A DNA stretch of 64,000 nucleotides from Mustelus asterias (GCF_964213995.1 NC_135830.1:11408001-11472000), one strand, 5' to 3'. Positions 37,952 to 50,023 are shown, numbered from the stretch's first letter. Program-made: numbers and translations. The notes: generated from the letters alone by a model not told the origin.

Positions 37952-39265
37952 ATGATGGATGTCACTGGGCCATCGGAGAGTCTCGATCACCAAACCAGTT
38001 TCATTAATACTCTCTCTGCCCTGTTCAACAAGAAGGATTTCAGCGACATCAAACTGGTTGTGAACAAAAAGCTCAAACTGAATGCCCACAGGTTCATCCT
38101 GGTCGTGCGAAGTGACGTCTTCAGGACCCTGTTGGACACTGAGCGTTGGTCGGATGCTAAAGGCGGGACTGTCCACCTCACTGAGGAAGAGGAGTGCCTG
38201 GATCACTTCCAGGACTTCCTGAGGTATCTGTACAGTGGGAGTGTCACCCTCAGCACCGAGAATGTGCAGCCCCTTCACCGTCTGTCAGAGAAGTACAATG
38301 TCCAGGAGCTGAGAGAAAGCTGCCAGCAGTTCATGTTGGCCAATGTGGCTGCCCCGGGCTCCTCCAACCGCACCATCACATGGCAGAGATATGCTAAGCT
38401 GACTGGCCTGACCCAACTGGAAGAGAAATGCCTCCGGTTGATAGCCTGGAACATTGGCAGCGTCATAAAGTCTCCAGACTGGACATCGTTGGAACGCCAT
38501 GAACTATCTGCTCTCCTCCAAAGGTCTGACCTGGTGTTAGAAGATGAAGTGATCCTTTTCCAAGCCCTGGTGAGTTGGCTCTCTCTGCATCCTTCCCATA
38601 TTAAGAAAATGCTGCACCACATTCGCTATCCTATGATGCCCCCAGAAAAACTGTTTGATCTCCATGCCACAGGAAGCCTACCCAAGGCAATTTCTACTTA
38701 CCTCCACCAGGAGAGTTTACTGGTCTACCAAGTGCACCTTTTGCCCACAGATGCCATCAGCCAGCACCATGATATCAGCACCATCCCATTTACCATGAGA
38801 CTTTATACATCAGGAAGTTTCAGCCACCTCTGGGACATCAAAGGATATCAGATGATGAATCAAACATCTATTGGGACATCGTTCTCAACCAGCCATTTCA
38901 AACTAAAGACTCAATGGCATGTTACTTTTTTCCCAAGAGGTCAAAGGACCCATTGGTCAAGGAACAATTATCCCTATTGCAAGCAAAATGCTGAGATTCA
39001 GCAAGAGGATGAGTTGTCCACTCTCTCTGTCTCAGTGAGTAATTGTGATCCAGCTGGCAAGACACATTCTCACAAGCTGAGCATTCTGCTTTACCAATGT
39101 GTCAATGGTGTGTGGTTTGTGAATGATGTGAAGACTCTCCAGGTCCCACACTCAGAGAATGCTGAGATTAAAGATCTGATCCCCTTGTCAGAACGAGATA
39201 AATACATCAGCAACGACACAATGAAGCTGCACCTCATTGGACAGACCACCTGGAAGAAATGTTAA
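37952..39265 (+). CDS. BTB/POZ-BACK protein, BTBD17-like, single coding exon, no signal peptide
   Basis: FSDIKLVV..LNAHRFIL..RSDVF..FLRYLYSG (BTB); IAWN..LLQRSDLVLEDE..LFQAL..WL..IRYPMM (BACK); acceptor tgacag immediately before ATG. Confidence 0.88.
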   Translation: MMDVTGPSESLDHQTSFINTLSALFNKKDFSDIKLVVNKKLKLNAHRFILVVRSDVFRTLLDTERWSDAKGGTVHLTEEEECLDHFQDFLRYLYSGSVTLSTENVQPLHRLSEKYNVQELRESCQQFMLANVAAPGSSNRTITWQRYAKLTGLTQLEEKCLRLIAWNIGSVIKSPDWTSLERHELSALLQRSDLVLEDEVILFQALVSWLSLHPSHIKKMLHHIRYPMMPPEKLFDLHATGSLPKAISTYLHQESLLVYQVHLLPTDAISQHHDISTIPFTMRLYTSGSFSHLWDIKGYQMMNQTSIGTSFSTSHFKLKTQWHVTFFPRGQRTHWSRNNYPYCKQNAEIQQEDELSTLSVSVSNCDPAGKTHSHKLSILLYQCVNGVWFVNDVKTLQVPHSENAEIKDLIPLSERDKYISNDTMKLHLIGQTTWKKC

Positions 39266-39269
39266 GAGA

Positions 39270-39625
39270 TTAAGGCAAGATTAAATTGAGGTGTTCAAGT
39301 CATGAATGGTTTTGACAGGATAGATGGGGAGGAACTATTTGTACCAGCAAGAGGGTTGGTAACCAGAGGATGAACTGATTTAAAATAATCTATAAAGAAA
39401 CAAGTTGAGGAGACGTCTATTTGACACAGTAAGATGTGAACTGGTTGGTGTGCACTGCCTGACTGGGTTATGGAATAGATTCAATAATTACTTTTGAAAA
39501 ACAATTGGATATATACTTAAAGTGGAAAAAGGGGAAAGATTCAAGTAGTGGGATTAATTTGATAACTATTTCAAAGAGACAACTCAGGTACGATGGATTG
39601 AATGGTCTCATTTTGTGTTGTATAA
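39270..39625 (+). mobile_element. Old CR1 3' fragment in 3' UTR of BTB gene
   Basis: Decayed gaggtgttcaag..atgaatggttttgacagg..tagat and gatgg..tgaatgg tail. Confidence 0.55.
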
Positions 39626-40045
39626 TTCCACAATTCTCTCACGCTTCCACTGAACTGCAGACCCTCATCTCCTGGTACTCTTCTAGTTTAACTTATATCA
39701 TGTCTGCACTTGTGTCCCGACCCCATTATTGTTTGCAAATGAATTCCAGAAATATAATTATTTTAAGAATTATTTTACAACATTTTTTATTTCATTTAAA
39801 ATGTAATTGCAGATTATTTGATACCTATTTTTTTTTAAATTCCACTTTGGTCATATTGTTACCAAGGCAATCATGTCCGCCAGTTAGAAAGAGCATCTGA
39901 CAATGAATACCATCAAAACCCTTCATAATTTTATACATCACCATTAAAGCTCCCTTTAAATCTCTCTGTTTACATTACAAAACCTCTAAGGTCTTGTTGC
40001 ATTAGACAGTGTCTTGGTTCCTGAAAAACGAGGCTAGTTCTCTGT

Positions 40046-40215
40046 TGTACTGTACTCCATATTGTTGCACTGTACTCTGTATTGTTGCACTGTGCTCTGT
40101 ATTGTTGCACTGTACTCTGTATTGCTGTACTGTGCTCTGTATTGTTGCACTGTGCTCTGTATTGTTGCACTGTACTCTGTATTGCTGTACTGTGCTCTGT
40201 ATTGTTGCTCTGTAC
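40046..40215. repeat. 20-bp minisatellite (~8.5 units) with 60-bp higher-order repeat
   Basis: Unit tgcactgt(a/g)ctctgtattg(t/c). Confidence 0.95.
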
Positions 40216-40614
40216 CAGACTAAGACTCCATTTATATTATACAAGACCATATCTCAAAGATTGCAGCACTAGATCAGGTCTCTGCTGATAATACACTTGC
40301 AACTTTGTACATTTATATTAAGTAGACATTTCTCTGTTCATTTTACACTAGATCATGACTCTGTTTACTCTAGGTAAACTCTGGCCAGAATTTTATGGCC
40401 CCACCACAGCTTGTCTCCCTCCAGTGAAGGCGATGAACCATTTAAATCTCCATTTAGTTCAATTGGACAATAATGTACCACTGACCAGGAAGGGCCATAC
40501 AATCCTGATTCCCATCTCTGGTTATTTTAATCTGCGCCCTGTCTCAGTTATTACTATCTTATTATTATTGCATCTGAGCCTTTTCATACTACTCCAGACC
40601 CTGTCTGTTCATAT

Positions 40615-42428
40615 TAGAGTCATAGAGGTTTACAGCATGGGAACAGGCCCTTCGGCCCAACTTGTCCATGCCGCCCTTTTTTTTAAAACCCCGAAGCTAA
40701 TCCCAATTGCCCGCATTTGGCCCATATCCCTCTACCCATCGTACCCATGTAACTATCTAAATGCTTTTTAAAAGACAACATTGTACCCACTTCTACTACT
40801 ACCTCTGGCAGCTTGTTCCAGACACTCACCACCCTCTGTGTGAAAAGATTGCCCCTCTGGACACTTTTGTACCTCTCTCCTCTCACCTTAAACCTATGCC
40901 CTCTAGTTTTAGACTTCCCTACCTTTGGGAGAAGATATTGACTATCTAGCTGATCTATGCCCCTCATTATTTTATAGATCTCGATAAGATCACTCCTCAG
41001 CCTCCTACGCTCCAGAGAAAAAACTCCCAGTCTATCCAGCCTCTCCTTATAACTCAATCCATCAAGTCCCGGTAGCATCCTAGTAAATCTTTTCTGCACT
41101 CTTTCTAGTTTAATAATATCTTTCTATAATAGGGTGACCAGAACTGTACACAGTATTCCAAGTGTGGCCTCACCAATGTCTTGCACAACTTCAACAAGAC
41201 GTCCCAACTCCTGTATTCAATATTCTGACCAATGAAACCAAGCATGCCGAATGCCTTCTTCACCACTCTGTCCACCTGTGACTCCACTTTCAAGGAGCTA
41301 TGAACATGTACCCCTCGATCTCTTTGTTCTGTAATTCTCCCCAACACCCTACCATTAACTGAGTAAGTCCTGCCCTGGTTCAATCTACCAAAATGCATCA
41401 CCTCGCATTTGTCTAAATTAAACTCCATCTGCCATTCGTCAGCTCACTGGCCCAATTGATCAAGGTCCTGTTGCAATTGGAGATAACTTTCTTCACTGTC
41501 CACTATGCCACCAATCTTAGTGTCATCTGCAAACTTACTAACCATGCCTCCTATATTCTCATCCAAATCATTAATACAAATGACAAATAACAGTGGACCC
41601 AGCACTGATCCCTGAGGCACACTGTTGGTCACAGGCCTCCAGTTTGAAAAACAACTCTCTACAACCACCCTCTGGCTTCTGTCAAGAAGTCAATTTTGTA
41701 TCCATTTAGATACCTCACCCTGGATCCCGTGAGATTTAACTTTATGAAACAACCTACCATGCGGTAGGCCTTTTCAAAGGCCTTGCTAAAGTCCATGTAG
41801 ACAACATCAACTGCACTGCCCTCACCTACCTTCTTGGTTACCCCTTCAAAAAACTCAAATCACATTTGTGAGACATGATTTTCCATTCACAAAGCCATGC
41901 TGACTTTCCCTCTTCAGTCTTTGCGTCTCTAAATGCATGTAGATCCTGTCTCTCAAAATATCTTCCAACAATTTACCTACCACAGATGTGAGGCTCAGTG
42001 GCCTGTAGTTCCAGGCTTTTCCCTGCAGCCCTTTTTAAACGAAGGCACAACATTTGCCACTCTCCAATCTTCAGGCGCCTCACCCGTGACTATCGATGAT
42101 TCAAATATCTCAGCTGGGGACCCGCAATTTCCTCCCTCGCCTGCCACAATGTCCTGGGATACACTTCATCAGGTCCCGGGGATTTATCTACCTTGATGCG
42201 CTTTAAGACTTCCAGCACCTCCTTCTCTGTAATATGTACACTCCTCAAGACATCACTATTTATTTCCCCAAGGTCCCTAACATCCATGCTTTTCTTAACA
42301 GTAAATACTGATGGGAAATATTCATTTAGGATCTCACCCATCTATTGTGGATCTGCACATAGATGACCTTGTTGATCTTTAAGAGGCCCTACTCTCTCCC
42401 TTGTTACTCTTTTGCCGTTAATGTATAT
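40615..42428 (-). mobile_element. CR1, 5'-truncated, degraded
   Basis: ORF2 pieces 42090..42341, 41444..41668, 41105..41428, 40683..41099. Confidence 0.92.
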
Positions 42429-42454
42429 GCCCTGTTTGTGAACACAACTCCCAC

Positions 42455-42491
42455 TCACCTGATGAAAGAGCAGCGCTTTGAAAGCTTGTGG
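42455..42491 (+). ncRNA. Minimal type-I hammerhead ribozyme motif in Penelope terminal repeat (42435-42550)
   Basis: tcac-CTGATGA-a-agagc/gcttt-GAAA-gctt-gtgg. Confidence 0.6.
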
Positions 42492-42638
42492 CTTGTGCTA
42501 CCAAATAAACCTGTTGGACTTTAACCTGGTGTTGTGAGACTTCTTACTCAGTTACTGTGCCAGGCACGTTGTAACTTAAATAACTGCACTCCCTGCCTTT
42601 GTTAAACACTGTTTCTAGACCATGTTCATATTTCAAAG

Positions 42639-42912
42639 CATAGAATCCCTACAGTGCAGAAGGAGCCTGCACTATCAATTATCCCACCCAGGCCATAGCC
42701 CCGTAACCCCACATATTTACCCAGCTCGTCCCCTTGACACTGAGGGAGAATTTAGCATGGCCAATCCACCTAACCTGCACGTCCTTTGGACTGTGGATGG
42801 AAACCCACGCAGACACGGGGAGAATGTGCAAACTCCATGCAGACAGTAACCCAAGGCTGGGTCCCTGGCACTGTGAGGCAGCAGTGCTAACCACTGTGCC
42901 ACCATGCTGCCC
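42639..42912 (-). mobile_element. HE1-type V-SINE with internal deletions
   Basis: Head and tail match. Confidence 0.85.
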
Positions 42913-43984
42913 TATATTTATGTTAAACCAGGTTGTGTCTCAGTTTATGTTACACTAGACAATTGCTCTATTTTACACTTAACCCTTCCTTATTAATAAT
43001 TAGACAATTAGACAATAATTAAACATCTCTATGTTTAAATCATAAGAGGCCCTGGTTTTATTACCACTGAAGACCATGTCTCTGCTTATAATTCACAGGG
43101 ATCATTCTTAGTTACTGTTTCATTCGATTACATCAGCTTATATTAGCCTGGATCATTTCTTTTAAAACTGCACTAGACCACACCTCAGTTTCAATTTTAC
43201 AATTAATCCTTTCTCATTTATGGTGCATTAAATCATGTTTCTAACTGTAAGGTCTGGGTGGTTGGACTTTAATTTAATTGCACCAGTTTTATATTGTATC
43301 TAATAATAACTAACAAGGTCAAGGAAGTCATTTTGATACTAACATATCCAAAGGGGCCATTTTGTTTTCTGTATTAACCACATGTATTGATCAGATCACT
43401 GTGTGAAGGGAGTAACCAGTCATGAAACAGATGCCTGTACAGGTAATGAGCCTTGATTATGGTATAAATAATGAATCAATAATCATATTGGAAAGACTGG
43501 TTTTTCATTCAAAACTCGTTAGCTTCAGTTATTGTATGTCTCTGCGTTTGTGCAGACATCTGTTCTAACAATAAAGGACCCCTGATAAAGGTCCCAGGGA
43601 ATGGCACATCACAATCCTTTAGTTTGACCCGGTGGGTGGAGAATTGGTGAAACTCAACAGATTTTAGCTCTCTTGTGTTCTTGTCTGCTATACTGAGGCT
43701 GGGTGGCCACTGTTACCAAGAACTAATTAGATTAACTCAAGTAGCAGCCCTGAGTCAATTATTAACGGAGGAAAAGGTTGACTCTGACACAGGGTGCTGG
43801 CCACTCAGGGGTGAAAAGCGAAGGCTCCGTAATGATTTGTGGCTGGCTGATTACAGAAGACACTCACTCGAGGCAAGAATCACATGTCCACCTCAGCAAG
43901 TGGGACTGTATCTGAGACAGAGTCTTGAGAGGGGAACGCTGTGATGGATCAACACCGAGACAAAGTTGTAAAAATCATTGTCTG

Positions 43985-44115
43985 ATTTGATTTGATTTAT
44001 TATTGTCACATGTATTAGGATACAGTGAAAAGTATTGTTTCTTGCGCGGTATACAGACAAAGCATACTGTTCATAGAGAAGGAGAGGATGCAGAATGTAG
44101 TGTTACAGTCATAAG
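43985..44115 (-). mobile_element. Rex1/Babar 3' tail
   Basis: Matches 6231-6355. Confidence 0.75.
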
Positions 44116-44699
44116 AGTCAGAATAAAGTTTTAGAAGCATAGAACGAGAGTAAAAGAATTAGAAGGTGTGCTGGGCACAGCTTGCAAGAAGTCACCTTGC
44201 TCCTGCGCCATCTTGGAAGTTTTCCTGAATTGTTATGCAAACCTCTTTCCTTTAACAATAATGTTAATGTTAATTTAATGTTATAAAATTTATTATCCAC
44301 AGAATCCTGTCCTGCCTTAATTAAGTCTTGTTTGAACAGACATTTTCTTCTCATGGGGTGTGGGTGTCACTGGCTGGACCAGTATTTTTATTGCCTATTC
44401 CTAATTGCCCTTGAGGTGGTGGTGAGCTGCCTTCCTGAACCGCTGCAGTCCCTGTGGTTTGAGGGACACTCACAGTGTTGTTGGGGAATTTGAGTCACTC
44501 ACAGATTGGGGCGGCTGAGGTTAGTTGTGTTACTGATCAGAAAATCAGAATACAGTCAGATAACACAGGTGGGAAAGACAAAATCTACTCTGATGTGTTT
44601 TAATCAAATCTGATTTATCCAGAATATTACACTACAGCCCAGTTCGGGGAGTTATTAACATCAGCAGAAACAAACTCCAACTGTCAGAACTGAAATATA

Positions 44700-46750
44700 G
44701 AAAATTCACTGAACAACAGGAGGCCATTCAGCCCATCAGGTCTGTGCTGGCTGGAAAAGTACTGTCCAGTTTCACCCTACTTTCCAGCTCTTGATCTGTC
44801 CCTCTGTGTGTTACAGAATCTCAACTGCCTATCTGAGTTCCTGTTTAATGTGATGAGGGTTTCTGCCTCTCCCGTCCTTTCAGGCAGTGAGTTCCAGATC
44901 CCCATCACTCTCCGGGTGAAATGATTCCTCCACGAACCCTCCCAATTCTTCAATCCTTTATTCACTAGATTTGAAAATTGAACAGATTGGAATTATATTA
45001 AAAATTCATCAACTGGCTTCAGCTTTCTGCCACACTGCTTTACTAGACATATACTTTTATAACTGATTAATCTGGTGACCAGAACTGTGCTCAGTACTCC
45101 AGCTTGCTCTAACTAGCATTTTATAAATATAAACAGAATATGCTGGATAACCTCAGCAGGTCTGGCAGCATCTGTGGGGAGAAACAGAGTTAATCTTTTG
45201 GATCTAAATGATCCTTCTACAGAATGTTTTATGAAGCGTTTTATAAACATAGAAAATAGGTGCAGGAGTCGGCTATTCGGCCCTTCGAGCCTTCACCACC
45301 ATGCAATATGATCATGGTAGATCATGGACTTACAGTATCACAGTCCCGCTTTCTCTCCATACCCCTTGTGGTCCCTTTAGTCACAAGAGTCACATCCAGC
45401 TCCCTCTTGAACATATTTAACAAACTGGCCCCAACAGCTTTCTGTGGGAGAGAATTCCACAGGTTCACAACAAGAAGTTCTTCCTCATCTCAATCTAAGA
45501 TTGTAACCCCTAGTTCTGGACTTCCCCAACATTGGGAACATGTTGGGACAGCATCGAGCCTGTCCAGTCCCATCAGGATTTTAAATGTTTCTATGAGATC
45601 CCCTCTCATTCTAAATTCCAGTGAGTAAAAGCCCAGTCGATCCAGTCTCTCTTCATATCAGTCCTGCCATTCCAGGAATCAGTCTGGTGAACCTTCGCTG
45701 GACTCCCTCAATAGCAAGAATGTCCTTCCTCAGACTAGGAGACCAAAAATGCACACAATACTCAAGGTGTGGCTTCACCAAGGCCCTGTACAACTGCAGC
45801 AAGACATCTTTACTCCTGTACTCAAATCCTCTTGCTATGAAGGCCAGCATGCCATTAGCTTTCCTCACTGCCTGCTGTACCTGCATGCCAACCTTCAGCA
45901 ACTGTCCCACCATGACACCCAGGTCACGATGCACTTCCCCTTTTCCTAAACTGCCACCATTCAGATAATAATCTTTCTTCCTGTTTTTGCCACCAAAGTT
46001 GATAACCTCACATTTATCCACATTATATTGCATTTGCCAAGTATCTGCCCACTCAGCCTGTCCAAGCCCCCCTGTAACCTCTCAGGATCCTCCTCACAGC
46101 ACACACTGCCACCCAGCTTAGTGTCGGCTGAAAATTGGAGATATTGCATTCAATTCCTTCATCACAATCATTAATGTATATTATGAACAGCTGGGGTTGC
46201 AGCACTGAACCTGCCGCACCCACTCGTCACTGCTTCCCACTCTGAAAAGGATCCATTTATTCCCACTCTCTGCTTCAGTTTGAGCATAATCTCCCTCCTC
46301 TTATACACTAGGCTTGGGCCAAATGTCTTCTTGACCACCTGATTGAGACACTGATCAGCCTTGATTGAATGGCAGAGCAGACTCAATGGGCTGAATGGCC
46401 TAATTCTGCTCCTACATCTGATGGTCTTATGATCTACCTGTCCAGCCTCCTTCACAGATGCCTGGATGTTGACTCCAGGTTCTCTCTGATCCTCTATAAT
46501 TCTCAGCATCATCCCTTTACTGTTCATTCCCTTGTCTTGTCTAATGTCCCAAATTCATTCTCTCTCACTGCTCCAGATCGAATTCCATGTGCCATTTTTC
46601 TGCCCATCTGACCAGCCCACTGATATCTTCCTGCAGTCCACGGCTTTCTTCTGGATTGTTAAACACAAATACAATTGTTGTATCATCTGCAAACTGGATC
46701 ATGAGCCTTACATTTAAGTCAAAGTCGTTGATATATACCACAAAACTGTG
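44700..46750 (-). mobile_element. Nested CR1 3' fragments (old copy ~44700-45125 and 46280-46750; younger copy ~45246-46275)
   Basis: RT C-terminal motifs KPHLEYCVHFWSP, QFADDT, WAEKWHMEF. Confidence 0.8.
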
Positions 46751-46776
46751 GAACCTCACTGGTAACCAGACACTAT

Positions 46777-47925
46777 TCAGTCCTGGATGTGATTAACAGC
46801 AGCAAGAACAGCAGAATCCAACCCCTGCTGTCGCCTGTGAACTTGCTGGTGTTTCAGCAGGTTGTTTGACTGAGCGAATCCCTTCCCACACATGGAGCAG
46901 TTGAACGGCCTTTCCCCAGTGTGAACTCGCTGGTGTTTCAGCAGATTCTGTTCACTTTTAAATCTCTTCTCACAATCAGAACATTCAAAAGGTCTCTGAT
47001 CAGTGTGAACAAGTTGGTGTGTAGTCAGGTGGGATGACTGAGTGAATCTCTTGCCGCACAGGAGGCAAGTGTACGGTCTCTCTCCAGTGTGAACTCGCCG
47101 GTGTATCAGAAGGTCAGATGTATCAATGAATTCCTGACAACACACAGGGCAGGTGAACGGCCTCTCCCCAGTGTGAACTCGATGGTGTCTCAGAAGGTGA
47201 GCTAATCGAGTGAATCCCTTCCCACAGAGAGAGCAGGTGAATGGCCTCTCCCCAGTGTGAGTGTGCTGGTGTTTCAGAAGATCCTTTTTGCTTTTAAATG
47301 TTTTCTCACATTCAGAACAATTGAAAGGTCTCTGATCCGTGTGAACAAATCGATGTTTCAGGAGCTGGGATGAACAAGTGAATCCCTTCCCACACACGGA
47401 GCAGATGAATGGCCTCTCCCCAGTGTGAGTGCGTTGGTGAATCAGTAAATCCTTTTTACTTTTAAAGTTCTTCTCGCAGTCAGAACATTTAAATGGTCTC
47501 TGATCAATGTGAACACTTTGGTGTGTCAGGAGGTGGGATGACTGAGTGAATCCCTTACCACACACTTTGCAGATGAATGGCCTCTCCCCAGTGTGAGTGT
47601 GTTGGTGAATCATCAAATCCTTTTTACTTTTAAAGCTCTTCCCACACTCACAACATTGAAACGGTCTCTGATCAGAGTGAACCTGGTGGTGAGTCCGGAG
47701 GTTTGATAAAGCATTAAATCCCTTCCCACATTGAAGACAGGTGAATGGCCTCTCACCAGTATGGACATGCTGGTGTGTGTACAGGCTGGATGACTGAGTA
47801 AATCCCTTCCCACACACAGAGCAGGTGAATGGCCTCTCCCCAGTGTGAATACGTCGATGGGTTTCCAACTCAGATGGGTAATTGAATCCCGTCCCACAGT
47901 CCGCACATTTCCACGGTTTCTCCAT
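46777..47925 (-). CDS. C2H2 zinc-finger protein, 13 fingers
   Basis: Uninterrupted ORF starting MEKPWKC. Confidence 0.9.
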   Translation of the reverse strand: MEKPWKCADCGTGFNYPSELETHRRIHTGERPFTCSVCGKGFTQSSSLYTHQHVHTGERPFTCLQCGKGFNALSNLRTHHQVHSDQRPFQCCECGKSFKSKKDLMIHQHTHTGERPFICKVCGKGFTQSSHLLTHQSVHIDQRPFKCSDCEKNFKSKKDLLIHQRTHTGERPFICSVCGKGFTCSSQLLKHRFVHTDQRPFNCSECEKTFKSKKDLLKHQHTHTGERPFTCSLCGKGFTRLAHLLRHHRVHTGERPFTCPVCCQEFIDTSDLLIHRRVHTGERPYTCLLCGKRFTQSSHLTTHQLVHTDQRPFECSDCEKRFKSEQNLLKHQRVHTGERPFNCSMCGKGFAQSNNLLKHQQVHRRQQGLDSAVLAAVNHIQD

Positions 47926-47926
47926 G

Positions 47927-48051
47927 ATTATTGACAGGCTATCGGGTGTAGGCGGGATGCAGATTTGAGCTCACTATCAGATCAGCCATGATGTTATTAA
48001 ATGGCGGAACTGGCCTGTGGGGCCGAATGGCCTATTGCTGCTCCTTGTTCA
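47927..48051 (+). mobile_element. 125-bp CR1 3' tail inserted at the ZNF start codon
   Basis: TSD catg 47923-47926 / 48052-48055; agatcagccatgat..ggggccgaatggccta tail. Confidence 0.75.
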
Positions 48052-49472
48052 CATGGTGCAGGTGTCCTCCTGTCTCTCCAGGTTATATAATCAGTTGAAA
48101 CCAGGTCCACACACAGAACACGAGTACGGTGTCTACCTGATGTAAATGTGCTATTTCTTTTCACGCTGTGTGACTGGTTAAAGCTCTGTTCCAGCTGACT
48201 GTGGAAAAATAACTGAGATGTCTGTGTCTCGGGGCTTTTCCAGTCACACTGATGTTGAATAATTCCACATTCATAGGCCTTTGATATTCAGATCCTGAAG
48301 AACCATGTGACACTGTCAGATCCCGAGACCTTTGGTTTGAATCGCCCGTCTGCAGATATTCTGGAAAAGGAGTTTACATTGAATTACTTTGAATATACAA
48401 GACACAAACAAGCCATTCAGTTTAATTCTTTATACTTGACACATCTTCTCCTGTCCCACAGACCTCATCTCAGCCTTTCAGTTGATTTTTCTATTTCTTT
48501 TTCTCTTGTGTGTTTCTCCCATTTCCTTTTGAAACAATCTCAGCACTTTCCTCAACTCATTTCTATGGTAATTCTAAACCTGTGAGTGAAGAAATTTGTC
48601 CGTATTGCTTCTTGGATTTATTGGTAACTATCTTGTATTTATGACTCTGTTTATTGATCGTTCCTTCTTTTAGACTCTGTCACAAGTGGAACATTCTCTC
48701 CACATTTCCCCTGTCCAAGCCACTAATAATTTGAAAGACTTTTATCAGGTCACTGCTCGATAGGAAAAAACTTCAATCCATTTAATCTTTCCTGAAAGCT
48801 ATAATCTCTGTTTACAAAAATCATCACAGTCAATGCAGAACAGAAATCACAGAGAGACAAACATTTCTCTTGGGGTTGAGTTCTCTGTGTAAATCGTCAA
48901 CTTGTAACAATGTGTAAAAGCAGTTTTCAAACATCTCAGTGTCAGTCCACAATAGAAATGCTGAACAGACAATTCTCTTTCCTCCACTCTCAGTTTTCTC
49001 CCTCCCTCTCCTCTGTCTGGGTTCAGTTCTCCAGCTCCTGTCTGCAGACTGACAATAAAACCAATGGGTCTTACTGGGGGTGTTGGGTCCTCCAGCGGGT
49101 GTTTGTGAATCCTCCCCGCCCACCTCCCAGGGTTTCCTTCCTTCCCAGAGATCAGAGTCCTCATTGATTTGAGGCCAAAGTGTAACCTCTTATTTATTGT
49201 CCCCCTCCCCCATCCTCTGATGTGAACCATCCTCCAGTGGCTGAGCCAGGATGGGGCCGTTAACCTGGGCCTGTTCCCGGGAGAAGCCCCGCAGCTGCAA
49301 ACCAGGGAGCTGACAATGATTCTGAAGGGTTTGTGGATCCACAAAGTGTTTCCAAATCCTCCCAGATGTCCAGCCGCCTGCGGTAAAGCCAGGGCCTGTT
49401 TCCTGGGCCAGAAGTTGGTGCTGTTTCCAGTGCAGCCGTGGTTTCCATTCCTACCCTGTGCTCATAATCTCC

Positions 49473-49613
49473 GTAAGAAGTTTAACAACACCAGGTTAAA
49501 GTCCAACAGGTTTATTTGGTGGCTTTTGCTACCAAATAAACCTGTTGGACTTTAACCTGGTGCTGTTAAACATCTTACTGTGTTTACCCCAGTCCAACGC
49601 CGGCATCTCCACA
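49473..49613. mobile_element. Penelope terminal-repeat fold-back insert (51-bp arms, 4-nt loop)
   Basis: Arms 49473-49523 / 49528-49578, 3 mismatches; 11-bp TSD tcataatctcc 49462-49472 / 49614-49624. Confidence 0.85.
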
Positions 49614-49721
49614 TCATAATCTCCCCCAGAACCCTCCCCAATACCATGACTGACACTGAGCATGCTCAGAGCGCACACCCACACCACCTGATGTGGAGGT
49701 GCCGGTGTTGGACTGGGTGAG

Positions 49722-49758
49722 TCACCTGATGAAGGGGCGGCGCTCCGAAAGCTCGTGA
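49722..49758 (+). ncRNA. Minimal type-I hammerhead ribozyme motif in Penelope insert (49689-49810)
   Basis: stem I tcac/gtga, core CTGATGA, stem II ggggc/gctcc, GAAA, palindromic AGCT, UC cleavage site. Confidence 0.7.
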
Positions 49759-49861
49759 TTCCAAATAAACCTGTCGGACTTTCACCTGGTGTTGTGACTT
49801 GTTACTGTGCTCACCACACCTGCGCAGTGCGTTCCCAGGCTCCCCAGCGCCTTATCATCTT

Positions 49862-50023
49862 TGCGCATGCTCCACTCCCAGCCTGGACTCGCCCCTCATT
49901 CACTCCGATTGGTTGGAGGACCAGCCACTCCCGCTCGGTCCTCCAGCCGCGCCCCCTCTTCCTATTGGTCCGGAGCTGCCGTCAATCAGTGCCCGGGCAT
50001 TGTGATGTGAAGCATGCGCAGTG
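49862..50023. promoter_or_regulatory. Bidirectional promoter cassette 2 in CpG island
   Basis: Colinear with 24082-24236 (NRF1-like ends, ATTGG x2, GC-rich); between divergent ZNF genes. Confidence 0.75.

Noticed and set aside
39970-40288. Cys-rich or repetitive ORFs
   Set aside because: Translations of the 20-bp minisatellite
43400-43945. LTR plus internal region
   Set aside because: TG..CA, TATA and AATAAA present but no convincing TSD, PBS or gag similarity
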